Part shown: in pieces, positions 1-10,427 of the stretch
Layout: every line of letters starts with the position of its first letter
How positions within the stretch are numbered: the first letter of the stretch is position 1
Assembly (NCBI GenBank): GCA_001724265.1
Contig: MEDY01000081.1
Coordinates: forward strand, 1-64,000
Source: Rhizaria sp. SCN 62-66
Taxonomy: Eukaryota
DNA length: 64,000 nucleotides
Reading direction: 5' to 3'
Notes under the pieces: model-generated
Databases searched by the model: none
What the model saw: only the letters and a program-made list of their open reading frames with translations
What the model was told of the DNA's origin: nothing
Translations under genes and position numbers: made by a program

Positions 1-507
1 AGGAAAACAAAGTGTGTATACACAAGAAACGCCACCTTTAAATCGCGACCGGCAAAAGCTGTCGACTGGAATTTTATGCAGAATGTCGGTTGTGACACAT
101 ATTTATCGCAACAGCTGGGAATATACCAGATTCGATGCGAAACAAAGTTGCCAAGCAGGGCTGGTCAGGTTCGCGAAAATGATCCGATTGCTCACGGTCA
201 CTTTTCTAACCGAGCAAGTTGCACGAAAGTCCTGTCTGACTGGCCCAAACGAAAGCCATTAGTGTGGTCTAAATTCAATGTTCACATGCAACATGGTTTT
301 TCTAGGAGTTAGTTCATTGATCTGTGGCTATGCTTATTTATTCGTGAGCGATGAAATGGCAATATCACGGCAAGGCGACACGTTCGCGCTACTCGGTTGT
401 TCCCTCCGCACCTCCTCGCTTCTCGCCCGTTTCTCGCTTCGTCCCTGCCTCGCAGTGTTCGCACGCATGAAAATGCATTTTCACAAGTAGCATAGTAAAT
501 AACACAC

Positions 508-710
508 GTATGTTTTAACAATCCGTCCCAATATGACCTCTTTCTTTGCCTTCTTTCCCGCTGTCCATCAATTCTCCCGCGCGCCCCTTGGTCGCTCCGC
601 CACGTCTCTGTCCCACTCTGTCTCTGCGCTTTCTCCGCTGTTCTACAACCGCATCCCATTCGAATCGCGACTCTGTCCCACTACTATCCACGCGTTGTTC
701 TTCCCTTCAG
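508..710 (+). other. Probable 5'-UTR intron of IDH
   Basis: GTATGT at 508, long pyrimidine-rich tract, TTCCCTTCAG ending at 710, 12 nt before the ATG at 723. Confidence 0.5.
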
Positions 711-722
711 ATCGCGTCAGCC

Positions 723-2228
723 ATGCTTTCCCGCACTGCCCGCGCCGCTACCCGCGTCTCCAAGGTCGCGTCGTCGGCCGCCGCCTCCTTCACCACCGCG
801 ACCCAGCGCAAGATCAAGGTCGAGAACCCCATCGTCGACCTCGACGGTGATGAGATGACCCGCGTGATCTGGTCCGACATCAAGAAGAAGCTCGTGCTTC
901 CCTACCTCGACCTCGACATCAAGTACTACGACCTCGGCCTGCCCAACCGTGACGCCACCAACGACCAAGTCACCATCGACGCCGCCGAGGCGATCAAGAA
1001 GTACAACGTCGGCATTAAGTGCGCGACCATCACGCCCGACGAGGAGCGCGTCAAGGAGTTCAAGCTCAAGAAGATGTGGCTCTCCCCCAACGGCACCATC
1101 CGCAACATCCTCGGCGGCACTGTGTTCCGCGAGCCCATCGTGATGAGTAACATCCCCCGCCTCGTGCCCGGCTGGACCCAGCCCATCGTCATCGGCCGCC
1201 ACGCCTTCGGCGACCAGTACAAGGCCATCGACTTCACCACCGACAAGCCCGGCACGTTCGAGATCAAGTTTACCCCCAAGGACGGCTCGGCCCCCACCAC
1301 GACCAAGGTCTTCGAGTACCCTGCCCAGGGCGGCTGCGGCATGGCCATGTACAACACCGTCGAGTCCATCACCGGCTTCGCGCACTCGTGCTTCCAGTAC
1401 GCCATCATGAAGAAGTGGCCCCTCTACCTCTCGACCAAGAACACCATCCTGAAGAAGTACGACGGCATGTTCAAGGACATCTTCGAGGCCATCTACCAGA
1501 AGGAGTACAAGGCCAAGTTCCAGGAGCTCGGCATCTGGTACGAGCACCGCCTCATCGACGACCAGGTCGCGCAGGCCCTCAAGGGCTCCGGTGGCATGGT
1601 CTGGGCCTGCAAGAACTACGACGGTGACGTCCAGTCCGACATCGTCGCTCAGGTACGAACTACTATCAAATATACCCACGCACAAAGAACTTGGAATGCC
1701 TTAAAAATATTACGACCATTGGCAGAACGACCGCAAACGTTACTTTATAATCGTAGTTTGATTGAATGCATATCATCTGAAGTAACCCGAACCTCACTCG
1801 ATTGATATCATTTTCCTTCTTTCTGTTTCGCAATTCAGGGCTACGGCTCCCTCGGCCTGATGACCTCCGTGCTGATGTGCCCCGACGGCAAGACGGTTGA
1901 GGCCGAGGCCGCCCACGGCACCGTGACCCGCCACTGGCGCGAGTACCAGAAGGGCAAGGCCACCTCGACCAACCCCATCGCGTCCATCTTCGCCTGGACC
2001 CGTGGCCTCGCGCACCGCGCCAAGCTCGACAACAACGCTGACCTGCTGGCCTACTCGCTGGCGCTGGAGCAGGTGTGCATCGACACCGTCCAGGGCGGCG
2101 CCATGACCAAGGACCTCGCGCTCGCCATCCACGGCAAGGACCTCAAGCCCGAGCACTACCAGGAGTCGTTCCAGTTCCTCGACACCATCAACAAGAACCT
2201 CGCCGAGAAGATGAACCGCAAGTTCTAA
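723..2228 (+). CDS. IDH2: NADP-dependent isocitrate dehydrogenase, mitochondrial precursor (exons 723-1652, 1839-2228; 439 aa; TAA stop)
   Basis: Motifs [107 protein letters not shown]. Arg/Ser/Ala-rich N-terminal presequence [15 protein letters not shown]. Splicing out 1653-1838 restores the conserved AQGYGS. Confidence 0.96.
1653..1838 (+). other. Spliceosomal intron (186 nt, phase 0) in IDH
   Basis: CAG|GTACGA ... TTCAG|GGC; AT-rich; removal rejoins a conserved motif. Confidence 0.95.
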
Positions 2229-2703
2229 GTAAGCGAACGAAAACTTACGTTGGAGTCTTGGGTTGAAGATGGGTTGGGGTTGTTGAGAGTGTTCTTTTCA
2301 AAGAGATGTTAACGATACGTTTGCGGACTCGGTTGCCTCTTTTTGTAACTTTATTATATTACTATGCTTCTTCGTTTATGTTTTAAGCGGGAAATACAGC
2401 TTTCTGATGCGATCTACACTCGTCTCTATTGTACGCTTTCAACGAACAGCAATGCAAGATGCAACAACCACACCAGGATTGTCCCCAGTGAATCTTTTGT
2501 GCTGCTTTGTTCAACAACGCACATCACATGTTGCAGTCGTCAGGTCAATCGTTAATGTTGATATATGTTTTTTCGGATACATTTGTATCTGAATTTGAAA
2601 TTATACATCTATAAGTTTTATTCTTGTTGTTCTATCATCATTCTTGTCCAAGTGGTTCAACCTGGTTTTCGCGTCTCTCTTGATCTTCCTTCACACCCAG
2701 CCC

Positions 2704-3298
2704 ATGTCTGACACCGAGGCAGAGTCAAATCGTTTGCTCACTAGAAGTGAGCGTACCTCCGCGGTCGCTTCCTCCGCTCACAATACGCCTGCTGGAACTG
2801 CTTCCGCGCGTTCCAACCAGCCCCAGGCTCACCCCTCGCGCTCGCTCGGCCCCAACCGCGTCGCTACTGACGAGGAAATCGTCGCTGTACGTTCATCAAA
2901 CAATGTCGAAACACGATTCAACTGTGTCATCTAATGTACATCACTGCCTTGTACCGTCATATTATCGTTAGACTTTTAAGTAAGTCGTCCTTCTCTCAGA
3001 TAATGTGCACTTGTTTGTTGTCATCCGCTCACGTTTTGCTTTCCAGGCGGCCGGCGGCAAGAAGGCGGTCGAGGCCTACCGCAAGAAGCTCATCGCCCAC
3101 CAGGACAAGGTCATGGCTGAGAACGCGCGCCGTGCGGCCGAGTACGCGAAGCTGCCCGCCGCGTCGAAGCGTTACGGCTCCTCCGAGGCCCCCAAGAAAG
3201 CCGACAATCATGACGATGACGAGGAGGAAGAGGAGGACGTCCTCTTCTCGGCCAGCGGCGGCGGCCGCGCCAGCAACACGTCGCGAGTCCGCCTCTGA
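2704..3298 (+). CDS. Hypothetical protein, 144 aa (exons 2704-2886, 3047-3298; TGA stop)
   Basis: Two GC-rich coding-like blocks separated by an AT-rich GTACGT...TTCCAG intron (2887-3046). The spliced product ...DEEIVA|AAGGKKAVEAYRKKLIAHQDKVMAENARRAAEY... is in frame, with an acidic patch near the C-terminus. No family recognised. Confidence 0.7.
2887..3046 (+). other. Spliceosomal intron (160 nt, phase 0)
   Basis: GCT|GTACGT ... TTCCAG|GCG; AT-rich. Confidence 0.75.
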
Positions 3299-4362
3299 GT
3301 GAAGTAACGTTCTAAACATAACGGAAAGCCAAACGATGCGTTTGTCTCTGTTGCGCCTGAGACGCCCTGAAGTCTCATATCCTTTTCGTGTCTTTACTGT
3401 TTTACGTTGTGTGTTTGGATGTCTATGATTCTTGATTTTTACACGTGATCCGATGATTTAGGAACGCATCCTGGCCCAAAAAACTGATGTTAACTTGTTC
3501 GCTATTTAGAGCAAGCGAATGATGTACACACTACAAAGCGAGCACTGTATTGGTATTACACATGTTTAACATGAGTGAGACAAAACAAAAACACAATGTC
3601 GCCGATGGCAGATACGAACGACATCTATTCAGCCACGCATGCAACTGGAGCATCGAGCATCTTGACGATGACGAAAACAACTGCAGCAGAGTTGTGGCGA
3701 TCAGAACTACAGTCGGTGCAAGTAACAGTCGGCGGTAGGGAGGTGTCACACAGTCACACAAAGAAGATATAACTGCCATAAACAACAAGACTCGCGTTGG
3801 CTGCCAGTGCGCACGTTGACAACGGACTGAAGCGGAAACCGACGCGGAAGCATAACAAGCGTGCTTATGACTATGTCAAACCCAAAACGAATACAACATT
3901 ATTTAGAAACATAACGATTATAATTTTACGCATGATTATAATTATATAAAGTACGACTAACAACAACAAAAAGAGGAAAGTGAAAACACGAACACAGTCG
4001 CAACATGTCACTTCATTGCATGACATTACATTGCACAAAAGTAATGTCAGCAAGCGGCAGTGACACTAACACATATAATGCGTTCATATAACGTGTAGTG
4101 CTCGTCACCAAATCGCCACCAACAACGGCAACATAGCACTACCAAAGTTTTAAGAAGAGAACAGCACTGACACGGAAACTGACACTGACCTCCGGTCTGG
4201 ACAAGGCTAGAACACCCATCGATTCAGCTACTTAGATACTAGCCCGCATGGGCCCGCTATAAGATTTGCTAATGCTGAAAGACCACGCCTCGTCAGTCAT
4301 TTGACTTGAACCGTCGTGAGCACTTACGGACAGACTGAGCGCATCCGGTGAAGTGCAACGGC

Positions 4363-4410
4363 CAAGTTCGGTGGTCGAGTTCGAAGGTCGAGTTCGATGG
4401 TCAAGTTCGC
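4363..4410. repeat. 13-bp tandem repeat (~3.7 copies, C[A/G]AGTTCG[A/G][A/T]GGT) just 3' of the FBPase stop codon
   Basis: caagttcggtggt / cgagttcgaaggt / cgagttcgatggt / caagttcgc, read directly. Confidence 0.8.
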
Positions 4411-4414
4411 TTGC

Positions 4415-5536
4415 TTAGAGCTTGGCCTTCTTGGGCTCAAAGCCCTCGCCGGCCTTGATGCCACTCTTCTTGTAGAGCGCGATGACCTCGTCGACCATGC
4501 CGGAGCTGCCCAGCCACACGGGGCAGCGCTGGTGCAGGGTCTTGGGCACGATGTCCAGGATGCGCTCGGTGCCCGTCGTCGCGCGACCACCAGCCTGCTC
4601 CATAATAAACGCCATGGGGTTGCACTCGTAGAGCAGGCGGAGCTTGCCGGCCGGGTTGTTGGCGTCGGCGGGGTAGGAGAAGACGCCGCCGTAGAGCAGC
4701 GTGCGGTGGACGTCCGAAACCATGGAGCCGATGTAGCGGCCGCGGTGCTGCCGCTGGTGCTCCAGCGAGACCCACTGCGCCGTGGGCGCGTCCCAGTGGT
4801 CCGCGTTGCCCTCGTTGATCGAGTAGATCTTGCCCTGCGTGGGGACGCGCATGTGCTTGTGGGTGTAGATGAACTCGCCGATGCTGGGGTCGAGCGTGAA
4901 GCCGTGAACGCCGCGGCCCGTGGTCAGCACGATCGTCGTCGCGGGGCCGTAGAGCGCGTAGCCGGCCGCCACGAGCTGGTTGCCCGGCTTGAGGAGGTCG
5001 TCCACGGAGGTGGGCTTGTCGCTCTTGGCGTCCTTCTGGTAGATGCCCCAGATGGAGCCGACGCCGACGTTGCAGTCGATGTTGGAGCTGCCGTCCAGAG
5101 GGTCGAACACGATGGCGTAACCGCCCTTGGTGTCGTCGACGATAATCGGCTTGTCCTCCTCCTCGCTGCCCATGATGTAGACCTGGTCGGAGAAGGCGCA
5201 GCAGTTGACGAAGACGTCGTTGGACAGCACGTCGAGCTTCTTCTGCTCGTCGCCGGAGCTGTTCTCGTTGCCCGCGAGCCCGTACAGGTTCGCGATACCC
5301 GCCTTGTGGGTCGCCGAGGCGATGACCTTGACGGCAAGCTGAATAGACTGCAGCAGCATAGTGAAGTCGCCCGTGGCTCCAGTGAAACGCTTGCGCTCGG
5401 AGAGCAGGAAGCGAGTCAGAGTGACCGGGTTGCGGTTGCGCTCGAACTCGTGGTCCGTGCCCGAAACAGAGGTCGAGGGGCGCGGCTTCACGTTCGCTGA
5501 AATAGAAGAAGAAGAGGAAGAAGTAGGGGCGGACAT
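4415..5536 (-). CDS. FBP1: Fructose-1,6-bisphosphatase class I, 373 aa, intronless, C-terminal PTS1-like -AKL; TAA stop
   Basis: Motifs TLTRFLL, GDEQKKLDVLSND, SEEED, FDPLDGSSNIDCN, AAGYALYG, YSINEGN, RYIGSMVSDVHRTLLYGG, GKLRLLYECNPMAFIMEQAGG. ATG at 5536 (MSAPT...). Confidence 0.96.
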   Translation of the reverse strand: MSAPTSSSSSSISANVKPRPSTSVSGTDHEFERNRNPVTLTRFLLSERKRFTGATGDFTMLLQSIQLAVKVIASATHKAGIANLYGLAGNENSSGDEQKKLDVLSNDVFVNCCAFSDQVYIMGSEEEDKPIIVDDTKGGYAIVFDPLDGSSNIDCNVGVGSIWGIYQKDAKSDKPTSVDDLLKPGNQLVAAGYALYGPATTIVLTTGRGVHGFTLDPSIGEFIYTHKHMRVPTQGKIYSINEGNADHWDAPTAQWVSLEHQRQHRGRYIGSMVSDVHRTLLYGGVFSYPADANNPAGKLRLLYECNPMAFIMEQAGGRATTGTERILDIVPKTLHQRCPVWLGSSGMVDEVIALYKKSGIKAGEGFEPKKAKL

Positions 5537-6482
5537 CTCGCTACTTGGGGGTCTGAGACGCAAGTATTGCAGAGTCGGACGAGGCAATTCAAAGCGCGAA
5601 GTGGAAGCCAACAACGGGAAGGAAGCAGTGGTGAGATTACATTGAAGATGTCATTAGAATTGAGTAAATCCAAAACATGGCATTGCCAACGGAGCCTTAA
5701 TGATAGAGACGATCATCATGTTTCGCTTGAAAATCATGAAAATGTGTGAGCGACAAGAAGCCGTAAGTTGAAGGCGACGTCGCTTGCCCTGTTTAAGAGG
5801 CCCTAAGATGTAGCTCGCGCTGCCCTCAAACGCGGCAGCGATCAAAAAAGGAAAATGAAACCAAGTACAGTATAATGAAAGGGCCATCGTAGCCAAGATT
5901 TTGGCGCTATTCCAATCAGGGCCATGGTGGTAACGCCCTGCAAATAAGTCCCAACCCTCCTCTTATCCTCTTAGCTCTGCTCCGGCCTCCTGCCAATCGA
6001 AGCCACTCTGAGAATAGTTGCTTTTCAGTCAGAAACTGACAATATCTCGAGCAACAAATGCACCTTCGGGGATAAAGGTACAATAAATATATATAGTGGA
6101 ACTGGTAGTTGTACATGAATGAATTGTATTTTGTATACGTACTATATCGATACAACGGCAATGTGCGAGCACAATGGAATGGATGAAGCCGAAACAGAGA
6201 CAAACCATGTATCAGCCTACAAGCACCCCAGTATTTCATTATCTTCGTTATCATTACCATCATCGCCATCATTGTCACTGCATCTCTTAGTTCTCTCAAA
6301 CTAACCCTGCCAAACCAAACAACACCAACCTTACCATCAACACTACCACCATCAACAAACCAAACAAACTACCACAACTAAACGTCAACAAACCCATCCA
6401 TCACAAATATCGGCAGCTCTTAACCACAGGGCTTAGAGTCTGCATCTACAATGTGATGACAATAGATCATGGTGCTGTGCGC

Positions 6483-7886
6483 TTAGACGAGGCCGCTGCC
6501 GCGCGCGAGCGAGACGGTGTAGGACTTGTCGAAGGCGGCCAGGAACGCGGCGCGAGCCTCGGGGGTCGACTTCTGGTTCGTGTTGGAGGTCTCGAGGAGC
6601 GAGAACTCCATCTTGGGGAACTTGCCCTCGCGAACGAGCTCCTCCTTGGCCGACTCGAAGGCCTGGTTGACCTCCTGGCTGATGATGCGCTCCAGCTCCT
6701 CCTCGAGAAGCTGGGCGGCCTCCTCCTTCATCGTCGACTTGAGAGCCATCAGGGACGCGATCTCCTTCTGCGCGCGCACGGCAGAGTTGATCTGAGCGTA
6801 GACCATCGCCTCGGCCTCAGCCATGGCGGCCGCCTGCGCCTGGGCCTCGACCTGGGCGCCCGCGGAGACCTCGAGCAGCGAGCTAGGGGCGTCGGCGTCG
6901 ACCTCAGCGAACACCTCGACCTCGGAGTCAGCCTCGGCATCCGCCTCAGCCTCAGCCTCGGACTCAGCCTCGGACTCGGCGTCGACCTCAGCCTCGGCCT
7001 CGGCCTCAGCATCAGCCTCGGCGTCAGCCTCAGCCTCCGCCTCCATCTCAGCCTCGGCCTCGGCGTCGAGCTCAGCGAGCGCGTTGACCTCAGCGGCGAC
7101 GGCGGCAGCGAGCTCAACGGCGCCCTCAGCCTCGACCTCGGACTCGGAGTCGGCGGAGATCTCGATCAGCGACTCGCCGCGCATCTCGGCGATGCGCTTG
7201 TTGGCCTGCTTCTTGGTCCAGGCGTTGTTGTAGTTGTCGAATTTGTCGGCCCACTGCGCGCTCTTGGCGTAGCGGTTCGCAGCAGCCTGCGCGCGGCGCG
7301 TGCCGATGGGGTCCGCGTCGACGTGGCCCGAGCGCGCGTTCTGCATCGCCGCAGTAGCCCAGTCGGACTCGACCTCGGCCTCAGCCTCAGCCTCGGCGGC
7401 GGCCTTAGAAGTGATCGTGGTGGTGGCCTCAGTCTCGACCAGGGCCGTGTGGAGCGGGCCCTCAGAGAGCAGCGAGCGGAGCTGGGCCTCCATGTCGACC
7501 TCCTCGGTGGCGTCCGCGGTGGTCTCGATGAACGACGTCGTCGAGGGGGCCTGGACGCTGGCGACCGTCGAGGTGGGGTTGGGGGCCGCCGACGCGGGGC
7601 CGGAGCCCCACTGGACGGGGCCACCATAGTAGTAGTACGGCGACCACTGGCGGAAGGGGTGACGCTGGGGACCGACGTAGCTGACCGACGGGAGAGGGTA
7701 GAACGGGTTGAAGTTCTGGTACGGCGGCAGGAACTGCGAGTAGTAGGGCGTCGGGAAGGCAGCAGGCATGATGTAGGAAGGACTACCCGCCTCAGCCTGA
7801 GCCTCGGCCTGCACCTCCGTTGCCACAGCGGCGGAGCAGGCCAGAGACGCGACAAAGAGGCCAAGTGCAAACTTCACGGCCTTCAT
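6483..7886 (-). CDS. Predicted secreted Ala/Glu-rich protein, 467 aa, with signal peptide and recurring S-[F/L]-[L/I/V]-E motifs; TAA stop
   Basis: N-terminal MKAVKFALGLFVASLACSA signal peptide, strong C/G-ending codon bias, Pro/Tyr-rich segment, (AE)n tracts and a helical C-terminal region. Confidence 0.88.
   Translation of the reverse strand: MKAVKFALGLFVASLACSAAVATEVQAEAQAEAGSPSYIMPAAFPTPYYSQFLPPYQNFNPFYPLPSVSYVGPQRHPFRQWSPYYYYGGPVQWGSGPASAAPNPTSTVASVQAPSTTSFIETTADATEEVDMEAQLRSLLSEGPLHTALVETEATTTITSKAAAEAEAEAEVESDWATAAMQNARSGHVDADPIGTRRAQAAANRYAKSAQWADKFDNYNNAWTKKQANKRIAEMRGESLIEISADSESEVEAEGAVELAAAVAAEVNALAELDAEAEAEMEAEAEADAEADAEAEAEAEVDAESEAESEAEAEADAEADSEVEVFAEVDADAPSSLLEVSAGAQVEAQAQAAAMAEAEAMVYAQINSAVRAQKEIASLMALKSTMKEEAAQLLEEELERIISQEVNQAFESAKEELVREGKFPKMEFSLLETSNTNQKSTPEARAAFLAAFDKSYTVSLARGSGLV
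6895..7080 (-). repeat. Degenerate hexamer repeat (GCC/GCT-GAG)n encoding an AEAEAEADAE tract
   Basis: Runs of gcctcg/gcctca on the + strand. Confidence 0.85.
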
Positions 7887-8818
7887 CGCTCACCTTTTAA
7901 CGCAAAGAGAGTCACAAAAAGGGCGAGGGGACAGAAAACAGACAGAAAATAAGGGGCGTGAGCAAGTGGGGTGGGGATGGCTTGAGGGTGGAAAGGAGGA
8001 GTTGGACGGGGGTCTGCATGGCCTTCAAAAGGCGATACGAGTGCAAACCACGACACAAGGACGCTCTGTGAGATACTTCTGGTAGTGATAAAAACTCTCA
8101 GACATCCCCAGGCGCACACACGAAAGCAGGCCCGAGAACGAGTCGGGGGCAAGAGGAGAGTAAGAGGTCTCTGTGAAGCAACACGACGAGGTTATCTTCA
8201 GGGCGGTCCATGTAGGCAAAAGCGTCCCCATGTAGCGCCATGAATACAACAAGGAAATAATTACGACATGCAATAAAATCATATTTCACCTACAACCCGA
8301 GAGGGTGCTAAATGGGGTCCCTGCAGACCGATTTCGACGTCTCTCAGACCTTCCTTTAGGGGAACTCGGTCTGAAGGCGGCGACTTAACTTCCGTGTTTT
8401 TCGGTCCTCGCTGGTCCAAAGCAAAAGCAACTTGAGATTTGGACAATCAGCGACAGCTTTATGAAATAATGTCATGAGCTCTGAAAAGAAAAAGTTGACA
8501 ATGAGAGGCGAGCATATTCATTGATTCTGAAAAACGTTCATAAATTTGTATGGGTATTTACCTAATGTGTCAAAACAACTCTTGTCCAATCTGGCTGACA
8601 CAACCAAACGTGGCTTTGGATCGTACATATGCCACTCGTTTGTCTTATATATAACACACTGATCGCTGATACAACACTCTCTCGCGGCGGCTACTACCGA
8701 CGCATGTGAGCTCTATCTATTGACACTAAACATCAACAACTACACAGTAACAAAACAGTTCATGCTTCTGACATGAACACTCTCCTCGCGACACTCTAAA
8801 ACTTTGCCCAGCGTTTCT

Positions 8819-9370
8819 TTACGCGGTGGTGTTGGCGATGGTGTCGGCGAGCCAGTCAAGCCCCTCTGAAAGGCCCTCGCCCTTGACGGCCGAGGCGCTG
8901 CGGATGTGCCACTTGCGGTCTTTAATGGTCTGCAGCCCGAGCTCCTTGGCGACCTCGACCTCAGACATGGCACCCTCCTGGTCCTGCTTGTTCGCGAACA
9001 CGAGCAGGTGCACGCCGTTCATCTCCTCCTCGGCGAACATGCCGTACAGCTCCTTCTTCGCGAGTCCGATGCGCTCGCGGTCCGCGGAGTCGACGACGTA
9101 GATGATGGCGTTGGTGTTGCCCAGGTAGTATCGCCAATAGGGGCGGATATTAGTCTGGCCGCCTAAGTCCCAGAGCAGGAAGTTGAGGTTCTTGTACGTC
9201 ACCTGCTCGACGTTAAAGCCGACGGTCGGCATGGTGCGGATGACGCGGTCGGGCGCGTAGAGCTTGTACAGGATTGTGGTCTTGCCTGCATTGTCGAGGC
9301 CCAGGATGAGGATGCGGACCTGCTTCTCGCCGAACAGCTTCGAGAACAGGGAAGAGAAAAGCATGCCCAT
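8819..9370 (-). CDS. ARL1: ADP-ribosylation factor-like GTPase ARL1, 183 aa, intronless; TAA stop
   Basis: MG myristoylation start, [10 protein letters not shown]-loop, [22 protein letters not shown] (ARL1-type switch II), [14 protein letters not shown]. Confidence 0.92.
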   Translation of the reverse strand: MGMLFSSLFSKLFGEKQVRILILGLDNAGKTTILYKLYAPDRVIRTMPTVGFNVEQVTYKNLNFLLWDLGGQTNIRPYWRYYLGNTNAIIYVVDSADRERIGLAKKELYGMFAEEEMNGVHLLVFANKQDQEGAMSEVEVAKELGLQTIKDRKWHIRSASAVKGEGLSEGLDWLADTIANTTA

Positions 9371-10427
9371 GGTGCGGCGGGGAAAGATTTGACGTCGTCA
9401 GAAGAGTCGGGAAGGTGCGCGAGCGGACTGTCGGGGTGGTTGTGAGGTGCTGGTTTGAAGAGACAGCAGCAGCCAGCAGTTACAGTGCAGCTGGATGCAA
9501 CAGCGGTAGGCAGAGCGACAGCGACGCTAAGGCGGACGCTTAAAGGCTTATGGTGGTATTCACGCGGTAGCAAAGTGCTATATAACTTCTGTGCCGTGGC
9601 AAGAAGAAGGAAAGTGGGGAGTGGCTGCGTAAGAGAGAGCGGAAGCAAGAGAAGATGACAGGAGACAAAAGGATGACGAAGACAACGAGAGCGAGGTCCA
9701 AAGTGTGAGCCATAAGGTCATATAATGAGTAAAAGAAGATAAAACTAAGCTGATATAAAACAATAATGTCGGAGTATACTATTCTAAACTTTTCTTAGCA
9801 AATATGGGGTAGGACATAGCTGTGGAGTAAGATGATGGTGTAGCTCATCACAGGACGTTGCAGCGGTCTCCATGGAGCTGGCAGCGAATTGATATTCACA
9901 CTCCAAGACACGTAATTGAAAAAAGTAAAACAAGTTGGAATATAAAAGATGGCCGAAAAGCCAAATTCTGCACTGACGAAGCAATTCTCGCGATAGATGT
10001 GTCGCTATCTTCCAAAGAGCTGCGGCCTAACTTTCGCTCTGCAAGCTTGGTCTACGCCGTTGGTGTCCGTCAGCAAGTCACTCGATCGAAGGAAAATCAC
10101 TCTACAGAGTCTTTATCATGTATATATTAACTAGAAAGACTGAAATTTGGATATGTGATACATTTGGCGTCCATAAACATGGTCAGTATAGTTTGTTGCG
10201 ATAATAAAATCTCGATGTATACAAACGGATCTTGCCTAGTTACTGGCCCTGTCACTTGCAGCGCTGCAGCGTACGAACCGCATGTCACTCATCATAATAT
10301 ATTTCATTTTGCGTGTTTTGTAAATAATATCACTACATCATATCATGACCACCCACCAATCAAATATTCCCCTGACCTGGATCTTTTACGTTGTGAGACC
10401 TGGTGATGGTTAAGGCGACAAGACACT

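Noticed and set aside
546-1805. 419-aa IDH ORF as given in the track, plus a separate ORF at 1860-2228
   Set aside because: The track ORF starts at a non-ATG codon inside a probable UTR intron and reads into the 1653-1838 intron. The two pieces are one spliced gene.
2226-2320. Stop-codon readthrough of IDH producing a cryptic PTS1
   Set aside because: The stop is TAA-G (a tight context), and the in-frame extension ends ...FSKRC*, which is not a PTS1.
4360-4415. tRNA (possible CUA suppressor) or CRISPR-like array suggested by repeated GTTCGA
   Set aside because: It is a head-to-tail 13-bp repeat with no spacers, acceptor stem or anticodon arm. I found no tRNA gene anywhere in the window by eye.
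717-7952. Antisense ORFs 717-1685, 4397-5500 and 6453-7952
   Set aside because: Exact antisense mirrors of IDH, FBPase and the secreted protein, caused by C/G-ending codon bias.
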